A DNA stretch of 64,000 bases, taken from positions 174,772 through 238,771 of the forward strand of contig CAVZRE010000010.1 in assembly GCA_963777595.1 (NCBI GenBank), read 5' to 3'. Positions 1 through 9,516 of this stretch are shown here, piece by piece; the stretch's first letter is position 1, and every line of letters starts with the position of its first letter. The notes beneath the pieces are model-generated. The model saw only the letters and a list, made by a program, of their open reading frames with translations. It searched no databases and was not told the origin of the DNA. Source of the stretch: Terriglobia bacterium (lineage in GTDB: Bacteria; Acidobacteriota; Terriglobia; Bryobacterales; Bryobacteraceae). The translations under genes were made by a program, and so were the position numbers.

Positions 1-1285
1 GCACGGCGTGAAAGCGTTTCCAATCCTCATCGGTCAGCTTCCAATGACGGCGAGCGCTCGGTAGTCCGTAATGGTCTTTCACCTTTTCGTCGAGATCGAT
101 GTAGCTGTCGCGGTTGGGAGTCATCTCCATGTAGCCGGTAAACGTGATATACGCGGGATACCGCGCCTTCACCGATTCCTTAAAAGATTTCCCCATGCCT
201 TTCATGCTGCGCGCCCAACCCACCGCGCGATGATTCTGATAATTGAATTGATATCCGAAGCTGCGCGGATAATCGCGCTTCCGGTCGTGCATGAATGACG
301 GGATGTAAGCATGATCGAGAAAGCCCTCGTCATTCACTGGCGCAATACCAATCCGATCCTCCAAAAACGCTGAGATCCCGCAGGTGATGTGCGGAATAAA
401 ATTACGGCCGAGTTCGCCGCTCGAGTTGGCGATTCCGGTAGGAAATGCCGGCGACTTGGACATCAGCAGCAGCGCCACGCTCTGGGCGCACGCGCAAGCC
501 ACCACCACGATGCGTCCGCGTGCCGAGCCTTCCTCGCGCGTCTCGCGGTCGAAATAATGAACCTCGCTCACCTTTGGCGCGTCCGGGGCCACCGCCAGTT
601 CGTGCACGATGCTGTTGGGCCGGATCGTGAGCGGCTTACCCGCGCGAATCGCCGGGTACATCTGGACGTCCGCGGAATTATACTTGGCGACCACGTCACA
701 GCCGGCCATGCAATTGCCGCAGAAGTGGCAGGCGGGACGCGTGCGCGATGCCTGGCTCAAAGTCGCCTTGCGCACATGGATCACCTTCACGCCGATCTTC
801 GCCGCGCCTGCGCGAACAATTTCGTCGGTGCACTTCATCGGCACCGGAGGAAGAAAGATGCCGTCGGGCAGATCTTCAAGATGATCCAGGTTGCCGCAGA
901 CCCCCACCTCACGCTCGATGCGCTCGTAATAGGGCGCCATGTCCTTGTAGTCGACGGGCCAGTCCTCGCCGGCTCCGTCGTGCTGCCGTCCCTTGAAATC
1001 CCGCTGGCTCATACGAAGCGCCACCGCGTTCCAGGTCAGCGTCTTGCCGCCAACGCCGCGAGTGCGTTCGCTATCCATGCCCTGTTTTCCCGGCTTCATT
1101 ACCGGGATCGAACGATTGGGAAATTGAAACGGCAGGCCGTGGGTGTTAAAGTCCGTCCGCGTATCGATCTTCGGGCCACCTTCGAGGACCAGCACTTCCG
1201 CGCCGGATCGCGCGAGTTGTGCGGCGAGTGTTCCACCGCCCGCGCCCGAACCGACGACCACCACGTCATAAAGCTTGTCTGGCAT
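1..1285 (-). CDS. GMC-family FAD-dependent oxidoreductase (C-terminal part runs off the window start)
   Basis: Manual minus-strand translation from ATG 1285..1283 gives MPDKLYDVVVVGSGAGGGTLAAQLARSGAEVLVLEGGPKIDT..HGLPFQFPNRSIPVMKPGKQGMDSERTRGVGGKTLTWNAV. This shows a GxGxxG FAD fold and a GMC-like GGKTxxW motif. It is absent from the ORF track because no stop lies inside the window. The + ORF 389..1303 is its antisense shadow. Confidence 0.8.
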   Translation of the reverse strand, partial: MPDKLYDVVVVGSGAGGGTLAAQLARSGAEVLVLEGGPKIDTRTDFNTHGLPFQFPNRSIPVMKPGKQGMDSERTRGVGGKTLTWNAVALRMSQRDFKGRQHDGAGEDWPVDYKDMAPYYERIEREVGVCGNLDHLEDLPDGIFLPPVPMKCTDEIVRAGAAKIGVKVIHVRKATLSQASRTRPACHFCGNCMAGCDVVAKYNSADVQMYPAIRAGKPLTIRPNSIVHELAVAPDAPKVSEVHYFDRETREEGSARGRIVVVACACAQSVALLLMSKSPAFPTGIANSSGELGRNFIPHITCGISAFLEDRIGIAPVNDEGFLDHAYIPSFMHDRKRDYPRSFGYQFNYQNHRAVGWARSMKGMGKSFKESVKARYPAYITFTGYMEMTPNRDSYIDLDEKVKDHYGLPSARRHWKLTDEDWKRFHAV

Positions 1286-1349
1286 TGTTCCCTTCTTGTG
1301 TGACGGACTTCAGTCTGTCAGCTGTTTCTTCAACGGCAACGAAACAAAA

Positions 1350-3428
1350 TCACAGGGCGATCGGCAATCGGCGTATGCGCTGGCCCGTCGCCGCGAAGAT
1401 GGCGTTGCAGACCGCCGGCGCGATAGCCGGCACGCTGGCCTCGCCAATCCCCGCCGGTGCAGCATGGCTGGCGACAATATGTACTTCGATCTCCGGCATC
1501 TCGTCGATTCGCAGAACGTCGTAATTGTTGAAATTCTGCTGTTGCACGCGGCCGTGATCGATCGTGATCCCGCCTTTCAGTGCTGCCGAAAGGCCGAAGA
1601 CGATTCCGCTCCGAATCTGCTGCTCGACACCCGAGGGATTCACCACCTGCCCGCAATCCACGGCGCAAACCACGCGATGCACCCGCACTTTGCCCTGCCT
1701 GACTTCGACCTCGACCACCTGTGCGGTGTAGCTTCCGACGTTATTTACCACCGCAACACCTCGTCCCGAGCCTTTGGGAACCGCCTTGCCCCAACCGCCC
1801 TTATCCGCCGCCAGATCGAGCACCGCACGAAACCGGGGCGTATCCGCGAGCAAACGCCGGCGCAATTCCACCGGATCTTTTCCGCCCGCAGCGGCCAGTT
1901 CATCGAGGAAACATTCCGCAAAAAAGGTATTCTGCGAATAGCCTACCGACCGCCAGTAACTCACCGGAATGCCGGGATCGATGTCATGATAATCGACCAG
2001 CATGTGCGGGATTGCATAATGCAGGTCGGCAATGCCTTCTACCGCGACGCGCGATAAACCGCCCCGCCCGCCGCCAAACGGAGGGCTGGCAATACGCGCA
2101 GTCAGCACCGACGGGAAACCCTCCGCATCGAGCGCGGCGATAAAGCGTGTATACGATGCGGGACGATAGTAATCCTGCTGCAGATCGTCCTCGCGCGACC
2201 AGGTCAACTTCACCGGTGCTCCAACAGCCTTTGCCACCTCGACAGCCTCGCCGATATAATCGGCCCGCGCCCGGCGTCCGAACCCGCCGCCCATGTATTC
2301 GGTATGGACCTGAACGCTTTCAAGCGGCAACCCCGTAATCTTAGCCGCCGCGGACCTCGCTGCAGTCTGGCCCTGCGTCGATGCCCAAACTTCGCAGCTA
2401 CCCGGCTTCACGACAGCCGTACAATTGAGCGGCTCCATGGGAGCGTGCGCGAGATAGGGGACCTCGTAAACCGCTTCGATCTTCTTCGACGCCGCGGCGA
2501 GTTGACCTACTGCGTCGCCGGCCTTGCGAGCCTCCACGCCCGGGTGCTCCATGCTCTCCGCGAATGCCTTCGTAATCCCGGCAGTATTCACCGGCGCGGT
2601 TGCGCCTTCGTTCCACTGAATCTGTAAAGCGCGGCGGCCTTGCATCGCCGACCACGTGTTGTTGGCCACCACCGCGACGCCGGTCGATATCTGCACGACA
2701 TCCTTCACTCCCGGAGTCGCTTTCGCTTTGACGGCATCGAACCCTGCAACCTTGCCGCCGAACACCGGGCACCGCGCGACGACGGCATACAACATCCCCG
2801 GCAGCCGGACATCGATTCCGAAGCGCGCGCTGCCATCCACTTTCGACGGTGTGTCGAGACGTTTCGTAGCCTTACCGATCAGCCGGAACTCGCTGGGATC
2901 CTTCAGCGCGACGTGAGCCGGCGGCGCGAGTTTGGAAGCCGCGTCGGCGAGCGCCCCGAACGTAAGCCGCGCGCCGCTCGCATTGAGCACTACTCCGTTC
3001 TCCGCGCGGCAAGCCGAACGCTCCACGGCCCACTTCTGCGCGGCCGCGGCGATCAGCATTTCCCGCGCCGTTGCCCCCGCCTGCCGTAGTGGCTCCCAGG
3101 AACTCCGGATACTCGCACTGCCCACCACCCCTTGATTGGCGCCATACTCGCGACTGACACCCGGAAACTCGGTGTGGATGGTCTTCCAGTTGCATTCCAA
3201 TTCCTCGGCCAGCAGCATCGAGAGCGACGTCACCGTGCCTTGCCCCATTTCCGCTTTGTGGATAAAGAGGGTCACGCGCTCATCGGGAGCGATATGGACG
3301 AAAGCGTTGAGCTTGGCGTCGTCGGTCGAGGCGTACACTGCATCGGGCAGATAGAATCGGACGAGCAGGCCGCCGGCTGCGACCGCAGTCGACTGGAGAA
3401 AACCGCGGCGGCTGAGTGTTGCGCTCAT
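1350..3428 (-). CDS. Molybdopterin-binding subunit of an aldehyde oxidase/xanthine dehydrogenase-family enzyme (IorB-like), Tat-exported
   Basis: 692-aa ORF with an N-terminal twin-arginine motif ([15 protein letters not shown]). Length and sequence are typical of two-subunit isoquinoline oxidoreductase/aldehyde dehydrogenase beta subunits. It overlaps the upstream 2Fe-2S gene by 4 nt. Confidence 0.88.
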   Translation of the reverse strand: MSATLSRRGFLQSTAVAAGGLLVRFYLPDAVYASTDDAKLNAFVHIAPDERVTLFIHKAEMGQGTVTSLSMLLAEELECNWKTIHTEFPGVSREYGANQGVVGSASIRSSWEPLRQAGATAREMLIAAAAQKWAVERSACRAENGVVLNASGARLTFGALADAASKLAPPAHVALKDPSEFRLIGKATKRLDTPSKVDGSARFGIDVRLPGMLYAVVARCPVFGGKVAGFDAVKAKATPGVKDVVQISTGVAVVANNTWSAMQGRRALQIQWNEGATAPVNTAGITKAFAESMEHPGVEARKAGDAVGQLAAASKKIEAVYEVPYLAHAPMEPLNCTAVVKPGSCEVWASTQGQTAARSAAAKITGLPLESVQVHTEYMGGGFGRRARADYIGEAVEVAKAVGAPVKLTWSREDDLQQDYYRPASYTRFIAALDAEGFPSVLTARIASPPFGGGRGGLSRVAVEGIADLHYAIPHMLVDYHDIDPGIPVSYWRSVGYSQNTFFAECFLDELAAAGGKDPVELRRRLLADTPRFRAVLDLAADKGGWGKAVPKGSGRGVAVVNNVGSYTAQVVEVEVRQGKVRVHRVVCAVDCGQVVNPSGVEQQIRSGIVFGLSAALKGGITIDHGRVQQQNFNNYDVLRIDEMPEIEVHIVASHAAPAGIGEASVPAIAPAVCNAIFAATGQRIRRLPIAL

Positions 3429-3904
3429 GCGGCGCCTCCTTCATTCGCCTTGATTCCGGCAGCCCGGTGAATCGCGCGGCGAATGGTGTCGTAGGTTCCG
3501 CAACGGCAGATGTTGCCTCGCAAGGCTTCATCGATGTCGCGGTCAGTGGGACGTCCGGCTTTATTGAGCAGCGCCACCGCCGTCATGATCTGTCCCGATT
3601 GACAATAGCCGCATTGCGGGACGTCCTCTTCGATCCAGGCCTGTTGCACCGCGCTGGCATGTTGTGCGGACAGCCCTTCGATGGTGGTCACGCTCTTGGC
3701 CTGCACGTTGCCAATCGGCGTCACGCACGATCGGATCGGCTGGCCGTTCAGAAGTACCGTACATGCGCCGCATAAGGCGGCTCCGCAACCAAACTTGGTG
3801 CCGGTCAACCCCAGGGTATCGCGTAACACCCAGAGCAGCGGCATTTCCGGAATCGCGTCGACCGATTCAGACTTGCCATTCAAAACGAACTTCACTGCCG
3901 CCAT
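3425..3904 (-). CDS. (2Fe-2S)-binding small subunit of the Mo-hydroxylase (IorA-like)
   Basis: 159 aa with [12 protein letters not shown] and [14 protein letters not shown] cysteine clusters, characteristic of the double [2Fe-2S] small subunit. The 4-nt overlap with the large subunit implies translational coupling. Confidence 0.9.
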   Translation of the reverse strand: MAAVKFVLNGKSESVDAIPEMPLLWVLRDTLGLTGTKFGCGAALCGACTVLLNGQPIRSCVTPIGNVQAKSVTTIEGLSAQHASAVQQAWIEEDVPQCGYCQSGQIMTAVALLNKAGRPTDRDIDEALRGNICRCGTYDTIRRAIHRAAGIKANEGGAA

Positions 3905-3957
3905 ACACTCTCCTGTCTCTGCCTCGTTACTTCGAAGTATAGAGGATGAGGCTTATG

Positions 3958-4494
3958 TCATGCTTTCCAGATGAGGAGCGCCATGCCGGCGAGGAATCCC
4001 AGCAGCGCTTCATACTCGCGGTTCTTCCGGTAGAGGCTCGGGCTGAAGCGTGGCCCCGACGGGACGCGGGGTCGCGGCAGCAGCGCCGGAACCTCTCGGG
4101 CGTAAGCGGCATATTCGGGAAAGAGCGAGCGAAGATGCTGCTCTTCCAACTGGATTACCGGCAGGTAAATCAGTCCGAAGACTGCAGCGAACAAAACGCC
4201 CAAGCCAATGCTGCGGGATGCCACCACCAGCCCCGCGGCGACCAGCAAAGTCCCGATATAGAGCGGATTGCGCACCGACGCGTAGGGTCCCGATCGGGCG
4301 AGACTCGAGTTCTTGGCAAGGTGTCCGGCGGCCCACGCCCGCAAAGCCAACCCGCAAACGCTGATCGGCAGCCCGATAAGCAACGAATTCACGGACGGAT
4401 GGGAGAACCACGCGAACGCCGCGACGAGCAGGAAGCCGAACGGTACGCGAAGTTTGGCTACCCGGTCAGCGTAGGGTTTTGGAAAGTTGAGCAT
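3958..4494 (-). CDS. Isoprenylcysteine carboxyl methyltransferase (ICMT/PEMT)-family membrane methyltransferase
   Basis: 178 aa, multi-TM, with the family-typical SGPYASVRNPLYIGTLL motif. It overlaps the upstream GT9 gene by 29 nt. Confidence 0.7.
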   Translation of the reverse strand: MLNFPKPYADRVAKLRVPFGFLLVAAFAWFSHPSVNSLLIGLPISVCGLALRAWAAGHLAKNSSLARSGPYASVRNPLYIGTLLVAAGLVVASRSIGLGVLFAAVFGLIYLPVIQLEEQHLRSLFPEYAAYAREVPALLPRPRVPSGPRFSPSLYRKNREYEALLGFLAGMALLIWKA

Positions 4495-5434
4495 CTAGTT
4501 TGCGCCATACCTGCTGCGGAGTAATCTCGCGCATGCTGCGTGCGATGGAAGCCTCACGTTTATAGGACGTCGCAGCGCCCGGCGAACGAAGCACGTCCAG
4601 CGTACCACCGTAGGGGCCGTTGATGGCCGGATCGGTAGGTCCGAAAATGGCGATGCCCGGCTTGCGCAAAGCCGCCGCAAGGTGCATCGGCCCGCTGTCC
4701 ACCCCAATCACCGCAGTGGCGCGGCGAGTCGCATGGATCAGGCCGGTTAGTCCGCTGAAGTGGGGCCGCACGTGAGATAAGTCGATCTTCACCGATGGCG
4801 CTGCATTGAGCACCAGGGGGATTCCTGCCTCCTTCAGTAGAATTTCGCCCAGTTCATCAAAATATTCGAGCGGCCATTGCTTGCTGCCCCATCCGGCAAA
4901 AGGGCTCGCCAGAATAAAGGGCGAGTCCGGTAATGCTCCTTCGGACTCCCCGGCGGGAATCGGCGACTCATGAGTCAGGATCCGCGCGCCGGCGGCAGCA
5001 GCCAAATCGAGCGCCCGGTCGACCCGATGAATTGAGGAACTGGAAATGGCATCCGTATAAAGTAGCGCCGCCGGACTCTCACGCACTTCTCCCCAAACAA
5101 AGCCGAAAAGCCGTTTGGGATCGGCTAAACGGGCCACCAGCGCCGACTTGATCAGCCCCTGAAAATCGATCGCGCTCCCATACTTCCATTCGCGCAATTC
5201 ACTCCGCGTCGCACTCCACGTCTCCCGCCGCCTCGGCTCTACGCACACGATGCGATCGATGTAAGGATTGCCCCTGAGCAGCGGCGTCCAGACCGGCTCT
5301 ACCACCCAAGCCAGCTTCCGCTCAGGAAAGCTCAGCTTCAGGGACATCGCAGCCGGCAGCGCATGGAGGATATCGCCCATCGCGCCAAGACGAACCACCA
5401 GGATGGCGTTAGACTCGCGAGCGGCTTCGGACAT
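4466..5434 (-). CDS. Glycosyltransferase family 9 (LPS heptosyltransferase, WaaC-like)
   Basis: 322 aa. N-terminal ILVVRLGAMGDILHALPA and C-terminal IGVDSGPMHLAAAL motifs are typical of ADP-heptose:LPS heptosyltransferases. Confidence 0.85.
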   Translation of the reverse strand: MSEAARESNAILVVRLGAMGDILHALPAAMSLKLSFPERKLAWVVEPVWTPLLRGNPYIDRIVCVEPRRRETWSATRSELREWKYGSAIDFQGLIKSALVARLADPKRLFGFVWGEVRESPAALLYTDAISSSSIHRVDRALDLAAAAGARILTHESPIPAGESEGALPDSPFILASPFAGWGSKQWPLEYFDELGEILLKEAGIPLVLNAAPSVKIDLSHVRPHFSGLTGLIHATRRATAVIGVDSGPMHLAAALRKPGIAIFGPTDPAINGPYGGTLDVLRSPGAATSYKREASIARSMREITPQQVWRKLDAQLSKTLR

Positions 5435-5804
5435 GTTCCATCAATTGGCGGGTACGCCCCCGATCCTCTTCTTCGTCCTCCACCGTGACGCTCGCCTGGA
5501 TGGCGGCGAGCACCGGCCCAGCCCCTTCCGGCGAAGGGACCACGTAATCCACGGCGCGCAGCGCTGCAGCCAACTCAGCACGGGCGTCCAGCGGTACGAG
5601 CGGCGACTCGGGCTCGGTCAGGATGACAAACAGCGGTCCTGCGGACGTCGCCGCGAGTTCTTCGAGTTCCTGCACGTGACTGGCGCGCAGAACCTCCATA
5701 TGGGTGACAAACACAACTGGGGCCTCTCCACGGTGACGCGACTCTTCCGCCAGAGCGACGGCCTGGCTGGGCGTAACAATTTTTGAGCGGGTATCGAGAA
5801 TCAA
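5409..5804 (-). CDS. Cytidylyltransferase-like protein resembling HldE/RfaE domain II, with a degenerate active-site motif
   Basis: The ORF-track frame is 5409..5894. I prefer the in-frame TTG at 5804, which overlaps the TGA of the upstream GT9 gene (TTGA). The segment RGEAPVVFVTHMEVLRASHVQEL...LRAVDYVV aligns by eye with E. coli HldE [23 protein letters not shown]...LEAVDWVV. The start is uncertain. Confidence 0.5.
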   Translation of the reverse strand: MILDTRSKIVTPSQAVALAEESRHRGEAPVVFVTHMEVLRASHVQELEELAATSAGPLFVILTEPESPLVPLDARAELAAALRAVDYVVPSPEGAGPVLAAIQASVTVEDEEEDRGRTRQLMEHVRSRSRV

Positions 5805-6820
5805 CGAGTTTTCTCTAATTGGATCAGGGATCCGGCGGATTCGATCACTCGTTCGGCAGTGACAGCTTTCATGCAACGGTGATCGATGGGGCAATCGCGC
5901 TTAAAACACGGACTGCAGTCCGCTCGCTCCAGGACGACGGCATTGTTGGGTCCCGCCGGTCCGGTCGTCTTCGGATTGGTCGCGCCGAACACCGCAACCG
6001 TCGGTACGCCCAGGGCGGATGCCACGTGCATCGCCCCGGAGTCGTTACTCAGAAAGAGCGAACAGGCAGCGGCCAGATTCATGAACTGACGCAAACTGGT
6101 TTTGCCCGCAAAATTGACCACTGGAATCGAACGTTCTTTCAGCGCTTGTTCTACTGCCAGACATTGAGCGGCGTCATTCGAAGCGCCGAACAATGCGACC
6201 GTACCGTTTCGCTGGGATGCCAGGTGGGCAGCGGTTTCGACGAACCGCTCGGGCAGCCAGCGTTTGGCATTTCCATACGCCGCGCCGGGACTGACACCGA
6301 GCACCCAGCCCGTAACCCCCTGCGCGGCGAACTCCTGCTCGCCGTCGCGCGCCGCTTCTGACGCGCATTCCAGAAGGATGTGCCCGTCGGCGCCATGGTA
6401 TCCGTCGATCAGTCGCGCTTCCTGCAGAAGTTCAAGATAGTAGAAGCGTTCATGTACCGACCCCTTCCAGCGCGGCACCGGAATCGGACGCGTCAGAAGG
6501 AACCGCCGCACATCGCAGTCATAGCCTACAATTTGGGGGATCCCGGCCAAACGCAACACCAGCGCTGAATCAAAAGAGTTGGGGAATAAAATGCCCAGAT
6601 GAAACTTACGCTTGCGTAAGGCCTGAGCGGTTTGCCAGCGGCCGTAGTCATAAACAATGACCCTGTTGATACTACTCTCTCGCGCATAAAGATCGGCGAC
6701 GGATCGCCTGGCCAGCAGACTGATTTGGCTCGTGGGATAGTTGGCTCGCACCGCGCGGATCGCCGGAAGCGACATTACCGCGTCGCCCAGCCAATTAGTC
6801 GCTCGTATCAAAATGCGCAT
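5801..6820 (-). CDS. Glycosyltransferase family 9 (LPS heptosyltransferase II, WaaF-like)
   Basis: 339 aa. Carries MRILIRATNWLGDAVMSLPAIRAV and SNDSGAMHVASALGVPTVAVFG motifs. Confidence 0.85.
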   Translation of the reverse strand: MRILIRATNWLGDAVMSLPAIRAVRANYPTSQISLLARRSVADLYARESSINRVIVYDYGRWQTAQALRKRKFHLGILFPNSFDSALVLRLAGIPQIVGYDCDVRRFLLTRPIPVPRWKGSVHERFYYLELLQEARLIDGYHGADGHILLECASEAARDGEQEFAAQGVTGWVLGVSPGAAYGNAKRWLPERFVETAAHLASQRNGTVALFGASNDAAQCLAVEQALKERSIPVVNFAGKTSLRQFMNLAAACSLFLSNDSGAMHVASALGVPTVAVFGATNPKTTGPAGPNNAVVLERADCSPCFKRDCPIDHRCMKAVTAERVIESAGSLIQLEKTR

Positions 6821-6875
6821 GCGATAAAAGGTGGCAGCCGTGAGAAGCCGGACAATCTGCTAAATGAAAACTAGT

Positions 6876-8165
6876 TTACTTCTCCGGACGAAGCGCTTCA
6901 AGCAACTTCGCTCCGAAAATTGAATCGGGTTTCGCATTCGGAACCGCTGGCGGCCTCGGCGCTACGTGGGCCGGTATCACGGGAGCCGGTCTGGCCGGCA
7001 CGGGCCTTGGTACCGAAGCCTGGGGCTGTACCGGCGGAACCGGCGGCGGAGGGGGTTTGGGAACCGCACTCGCCGGAGTAACAGCCGCCGGAGTAACAGC
7101 CGCCGGAGCTACAGCCGGGGGAGCTACGGATGCCGGAGCAGCCGCCGCCAGCGATCGAGCCGCGGGTGTCGGTTCGGAACATGGAACTGGCTGAACCGGA
7201 GCCGCGGTAGGCTCCAGGAAGAGCTTCTTTCTCAACATCACGCGTTCCAACGCATTGTTGAAACTCGTGAAGGGTCCCGGCGTGTGGTCGCGTTCGAGCA
7301 GGGAGCGGCTGCACTCCATCTTGGAGTCGAGATCGTCAAGGTAATGGAACAGCAGAGCCTCCGGAAACTGCGGGACCTTGGGAGAGCCGTAATCCAGTTG
7401 ACCGTGATGGCTGATAATAATGTGCTCGAGGAGTGTGCGGAGAGGCGTCGGGAAATCCGGAAACGCCCGGATCTTGTCCGCCACAATCCGCATCCCGATC
7501 ATCATATGGCCAAGCAGTTGCCCTTCGGCGGTATACGAGAACCCGCGATCGAAACTCAGCTCCCAAATCTTCCCGATGTCATGCAACACGCATCCCGCAA
7601 TCATCAGATCGCAGTCGATGAAGGGATAGAGCGGGGAAATCGCTTTCGAAAGACGGCAGAGCGACAGAACATGTTCCAGCAGGCCGCTCAAAAAAGCATG
7701 GTGGATCTGCTTGGCTGCCGGTGCCAGCCGGTATCGCCGCGCGATTTCCGGGTCGTCCAGAATGGCGTCCAACAATCCCCGGATATGCGAGCTCGAAATA
7801 TCATTTACGTAGCCCCGGAGTTCTTCCCACATCGCTGCCGGGTCGTGTTTAGAAGCGGGGAAGAAGTCGGTGAAGTCCACCTCGCTATCCGTCAGGGGCC
7901 GCAACCGGTGGATCACAAGCTGGACCCGATTATGATAGATCTGCACCAGCCCCTTGACGCGGACGAAATCATCACGCTCGAAGAGGTTGAGCACCTCGAC
8001 GACGTTGTCCCACATCTTCGCATCGATGTCGCCGGTCTTGTCGCTGAGGATCAGCGATAAATAGGGGTCACCGGTCTTCTTCTGGCGTATTTCCTTGGCT
8101 TGCACGAGCAGCGAAATGGAGGGAGTCGCGTTCTCCGTGAGTTCGCTGATGTATGGGGACTTCAT
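6876..8165 (-). CDS. OB-fold + HD-domain 3'-5' exoribonuclease (YhaM-like) with a Pro/Ala-rich C-terminal tail
   Basis: Start moved to ATG 8165 (MKSPYISEL), because the longer ORF (to 8381) would overlap the surA-like gene. An N-terminal OB fold (LSLILSDKTGDIDAKMWD) is followed by an HD motif (CVLHDIGKIWE). The last ~100 aa are low-complexity P/A/V. Confidence 0.75.
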   Translation of the reverse strand: MKSPYISELTENATPSISLLVQAKEIRQKKTGDPYLSLILSDKTGDIDAKMWDNVVEVLNLFERDDFVRVKGLVQIYHNRVQLVIHRLRPLTDSEVDFTDFFPASKHDPAAMWEELRGYVNDISSSHIRGLLDAILDDPEIARRYRLAPAAKQIHHAFLSGLLEHVLSLCRLSKAISPLYPFIDCDLMIAGCVLHDIGKIWELSFDRGFSYTAEGQLLGHMMIGMRIVADKIRAFPDFPTPLRTLLEHIIISHHGQLDYGSPKVPQFPEALLFHYLDDLDSKMECSRSLLERDHTPGPFTSFNNALERVMLRKKLFLEPTAAPVQPVPCSEPTPAARSLAAAAPASVAPPAVAPAAVTPAAVTPASAVPKPPPPPVPPVQPQASVPRPVPARPAPVIPAHVAPRPPAVPNAKPDSIFGAKLLEALRPEK

Positions 8166-8223
8166 TGAACCGAAGCTCCCGAAAAAAGGCACAGACGTAA
8201 GTCTGTGGTACGTTTTGAGTCGG

Positions 8224-9483
8224 TCATTTCGCTGGGGGTGAGGTTGGGTCCGGCGTGGTTGGCGCAGCGGGAACCGTTGGTGCAGCAGGAGCGGGTGGAG
8301 CAGGAGCGGCGGCCGGTGTCGCAGCGGGTACTGCTTCAGGAGTGGTCTTGCCGCTGAACGGCACGGCAACACCCAGCACATGCTTCTTTTTCTTGGTGTG
8401 TGCGGCGACTTCTTCCTTCGTGGTGGTCTCCGGCTTCAACGTCGCGGGATCCTTCCAGCTGGTATCTTTCCCCGGGGCAGCGCCGCTGTCGACGAAGCCG
8501 CCGCGAATCTGGATAAACGCATCCTCCCGCAGCTTGGTGAGATACTTCCTCAACTCCGGCTGCATTCGGGGAGTGTATAGTTTTTCCATGATTTCGTCTT
8601 TCACGTCCTCGAGCGCCGCCTGGCCGGCCTGGTAATGCTCTTCCACTTTCAGAATCTCGAAACCGACCTTGATCCGGATCGGGTCCGTGATAAAGCCTTT
8701 GTTGGCCTTGAATACCACATCTTCGAGCGGCTTCACCAGATCGCCCTTTTTGTAAGCGCCGAGTTCGCCGTCATTCTTGGCAGTCTCGGCATCGGAATAC
8801 TGCTTGACCAGATCGACAAACTTCTCGCCTTTGCGCGCGCGCGCCGCAATGTCCTTGGCTTTCTTTTCCGCCGCTGCCACCGCGTCCGGACTGCCATCGC
8901 CGGTCGAAATCAGAATCTCCCGCAGGAAGACCTGCTCCTGGCGAACGAAATCGGCCTTGTGCTTGTCGTAGTAATCCTGAATCTCCTCTTTAGGAACATT
9001 GATGTGCGAACCCACCTCCTGGCCGATGACGCGCCGGGTCAACTCGCTGTCCGTCATCTGCTGCTTCCAATCCTCGAAAGTGATTCCGATCTGCTCAAAC
9101 ACCCACTGATGGAACTTGTCGGGATCGGCAATGCCGCTTTGGCCCTGGACTTGCGCGATACGCCGCGTGATCTCCGCGTCGACCTTCACATCCAGTTCTT
9201 TGGCCCGGGCCACCAGCAGCAGTTGATCGATCTTATCGCGCAGCGCGTCGGCTTCGGCAGTCTTTGATTCCTTCGCCAGTTCCTCGCCGCTCTTACCCTG
9301 CTTGCGCAACTCCGTCAGGATGTAGGTGTGCATCTTTTCCAGCTCACCGCGAGTGATGATGTCGCCGTTGACCTTGGCCACAATCTCCTCCACCACCTTG
9401 ACATCCGGCGTGTCGGTCGACGCGGCGGAAAGCATACCGGTAGCCAGCAGCGCCGCAGCGCCGAAAGTATAAATCAAACGCAT
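8224..9483 (-). CDS. SurA-like periplasmic chaperone / parvulin-type peptidyl-prolyl isomerase
   Basis: 419 aa with a signal peptide, a SurA-N-like region (VVEEIVAKVNGDIITRGEL), a parvulin domain (YSDAETAKNDGELGAYKKGDLVKPLEDVVF) and a Pro/Ala-rich C-terminus. Confidence 0.8.
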   Translation of the reverse strand: MRLIYTFGAAALLATGMLSAASTDTPDVKVVEEIVAKVNGDIITRGELEKMHTYILTELRKQGKSGEELAKESKTAEADALRDKIDQLLLVARAKELDVKVDAEITRRIAQVQGQSGIADPDKFHQWVFEQIGITFEDWKQQMTDSELTRRVIGQEVGSHINVPKEEIQDYYDKHKADFVRQEQVFLREILISTGDGSPDAVAAAEKKAKDIAARARKGEKFVDLVKQYSDAETAKNDGELGAYKKGDLVKPLEDVVFKANKGFITDPIRIKVGFEILKVEEHYQAGQAALEDVKDEIMEKLYTPRMQPELRKYLTKLREDAFIQIRGGFVDSGAAPGKDTSWKDPATLKPETTTKEEVAAHTKKKKHVLGVAVPFSGKTTPEAVPAATPAAAPAPPAPAAPTVPAAPTTPDPTSPPAK

Positions 9484-9516
9484 AGTCGTATTATTGCATC
9501 CTGAAGCTAACGGTTT

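Noticed and set aside
389-1303. Long ORFs antisense to real genes. Examples: 389..1303, 1275..2057, 6966..8060, 23103..23981, 36611..37561, 37964..38818, 41923..43074, 43502..44419, 45260..46090, 51017..51943, 52216..52953.
   Set aside because: Their products are Arg/Gly/His/Pro-rich and motif-free, and each lies fully inside a well-supported gene on the other strand. These are typical stop-poor shadow frames of high-GC DNA.
8166-8381. N-terminal extensions offered by the ORF track. Examples: 8166..8381 on the YhaM-like gene, 5805..5894 on the HldE-like gene, 61307..61525 on the TonB receptor, and 22019..22186 on the ABC ATPase.
   Set aside because: The extensions overlap neighbouring genes or encode Arg/Pro-rich junk. 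Internal starts give proper signal peptides or conserved N-termini.
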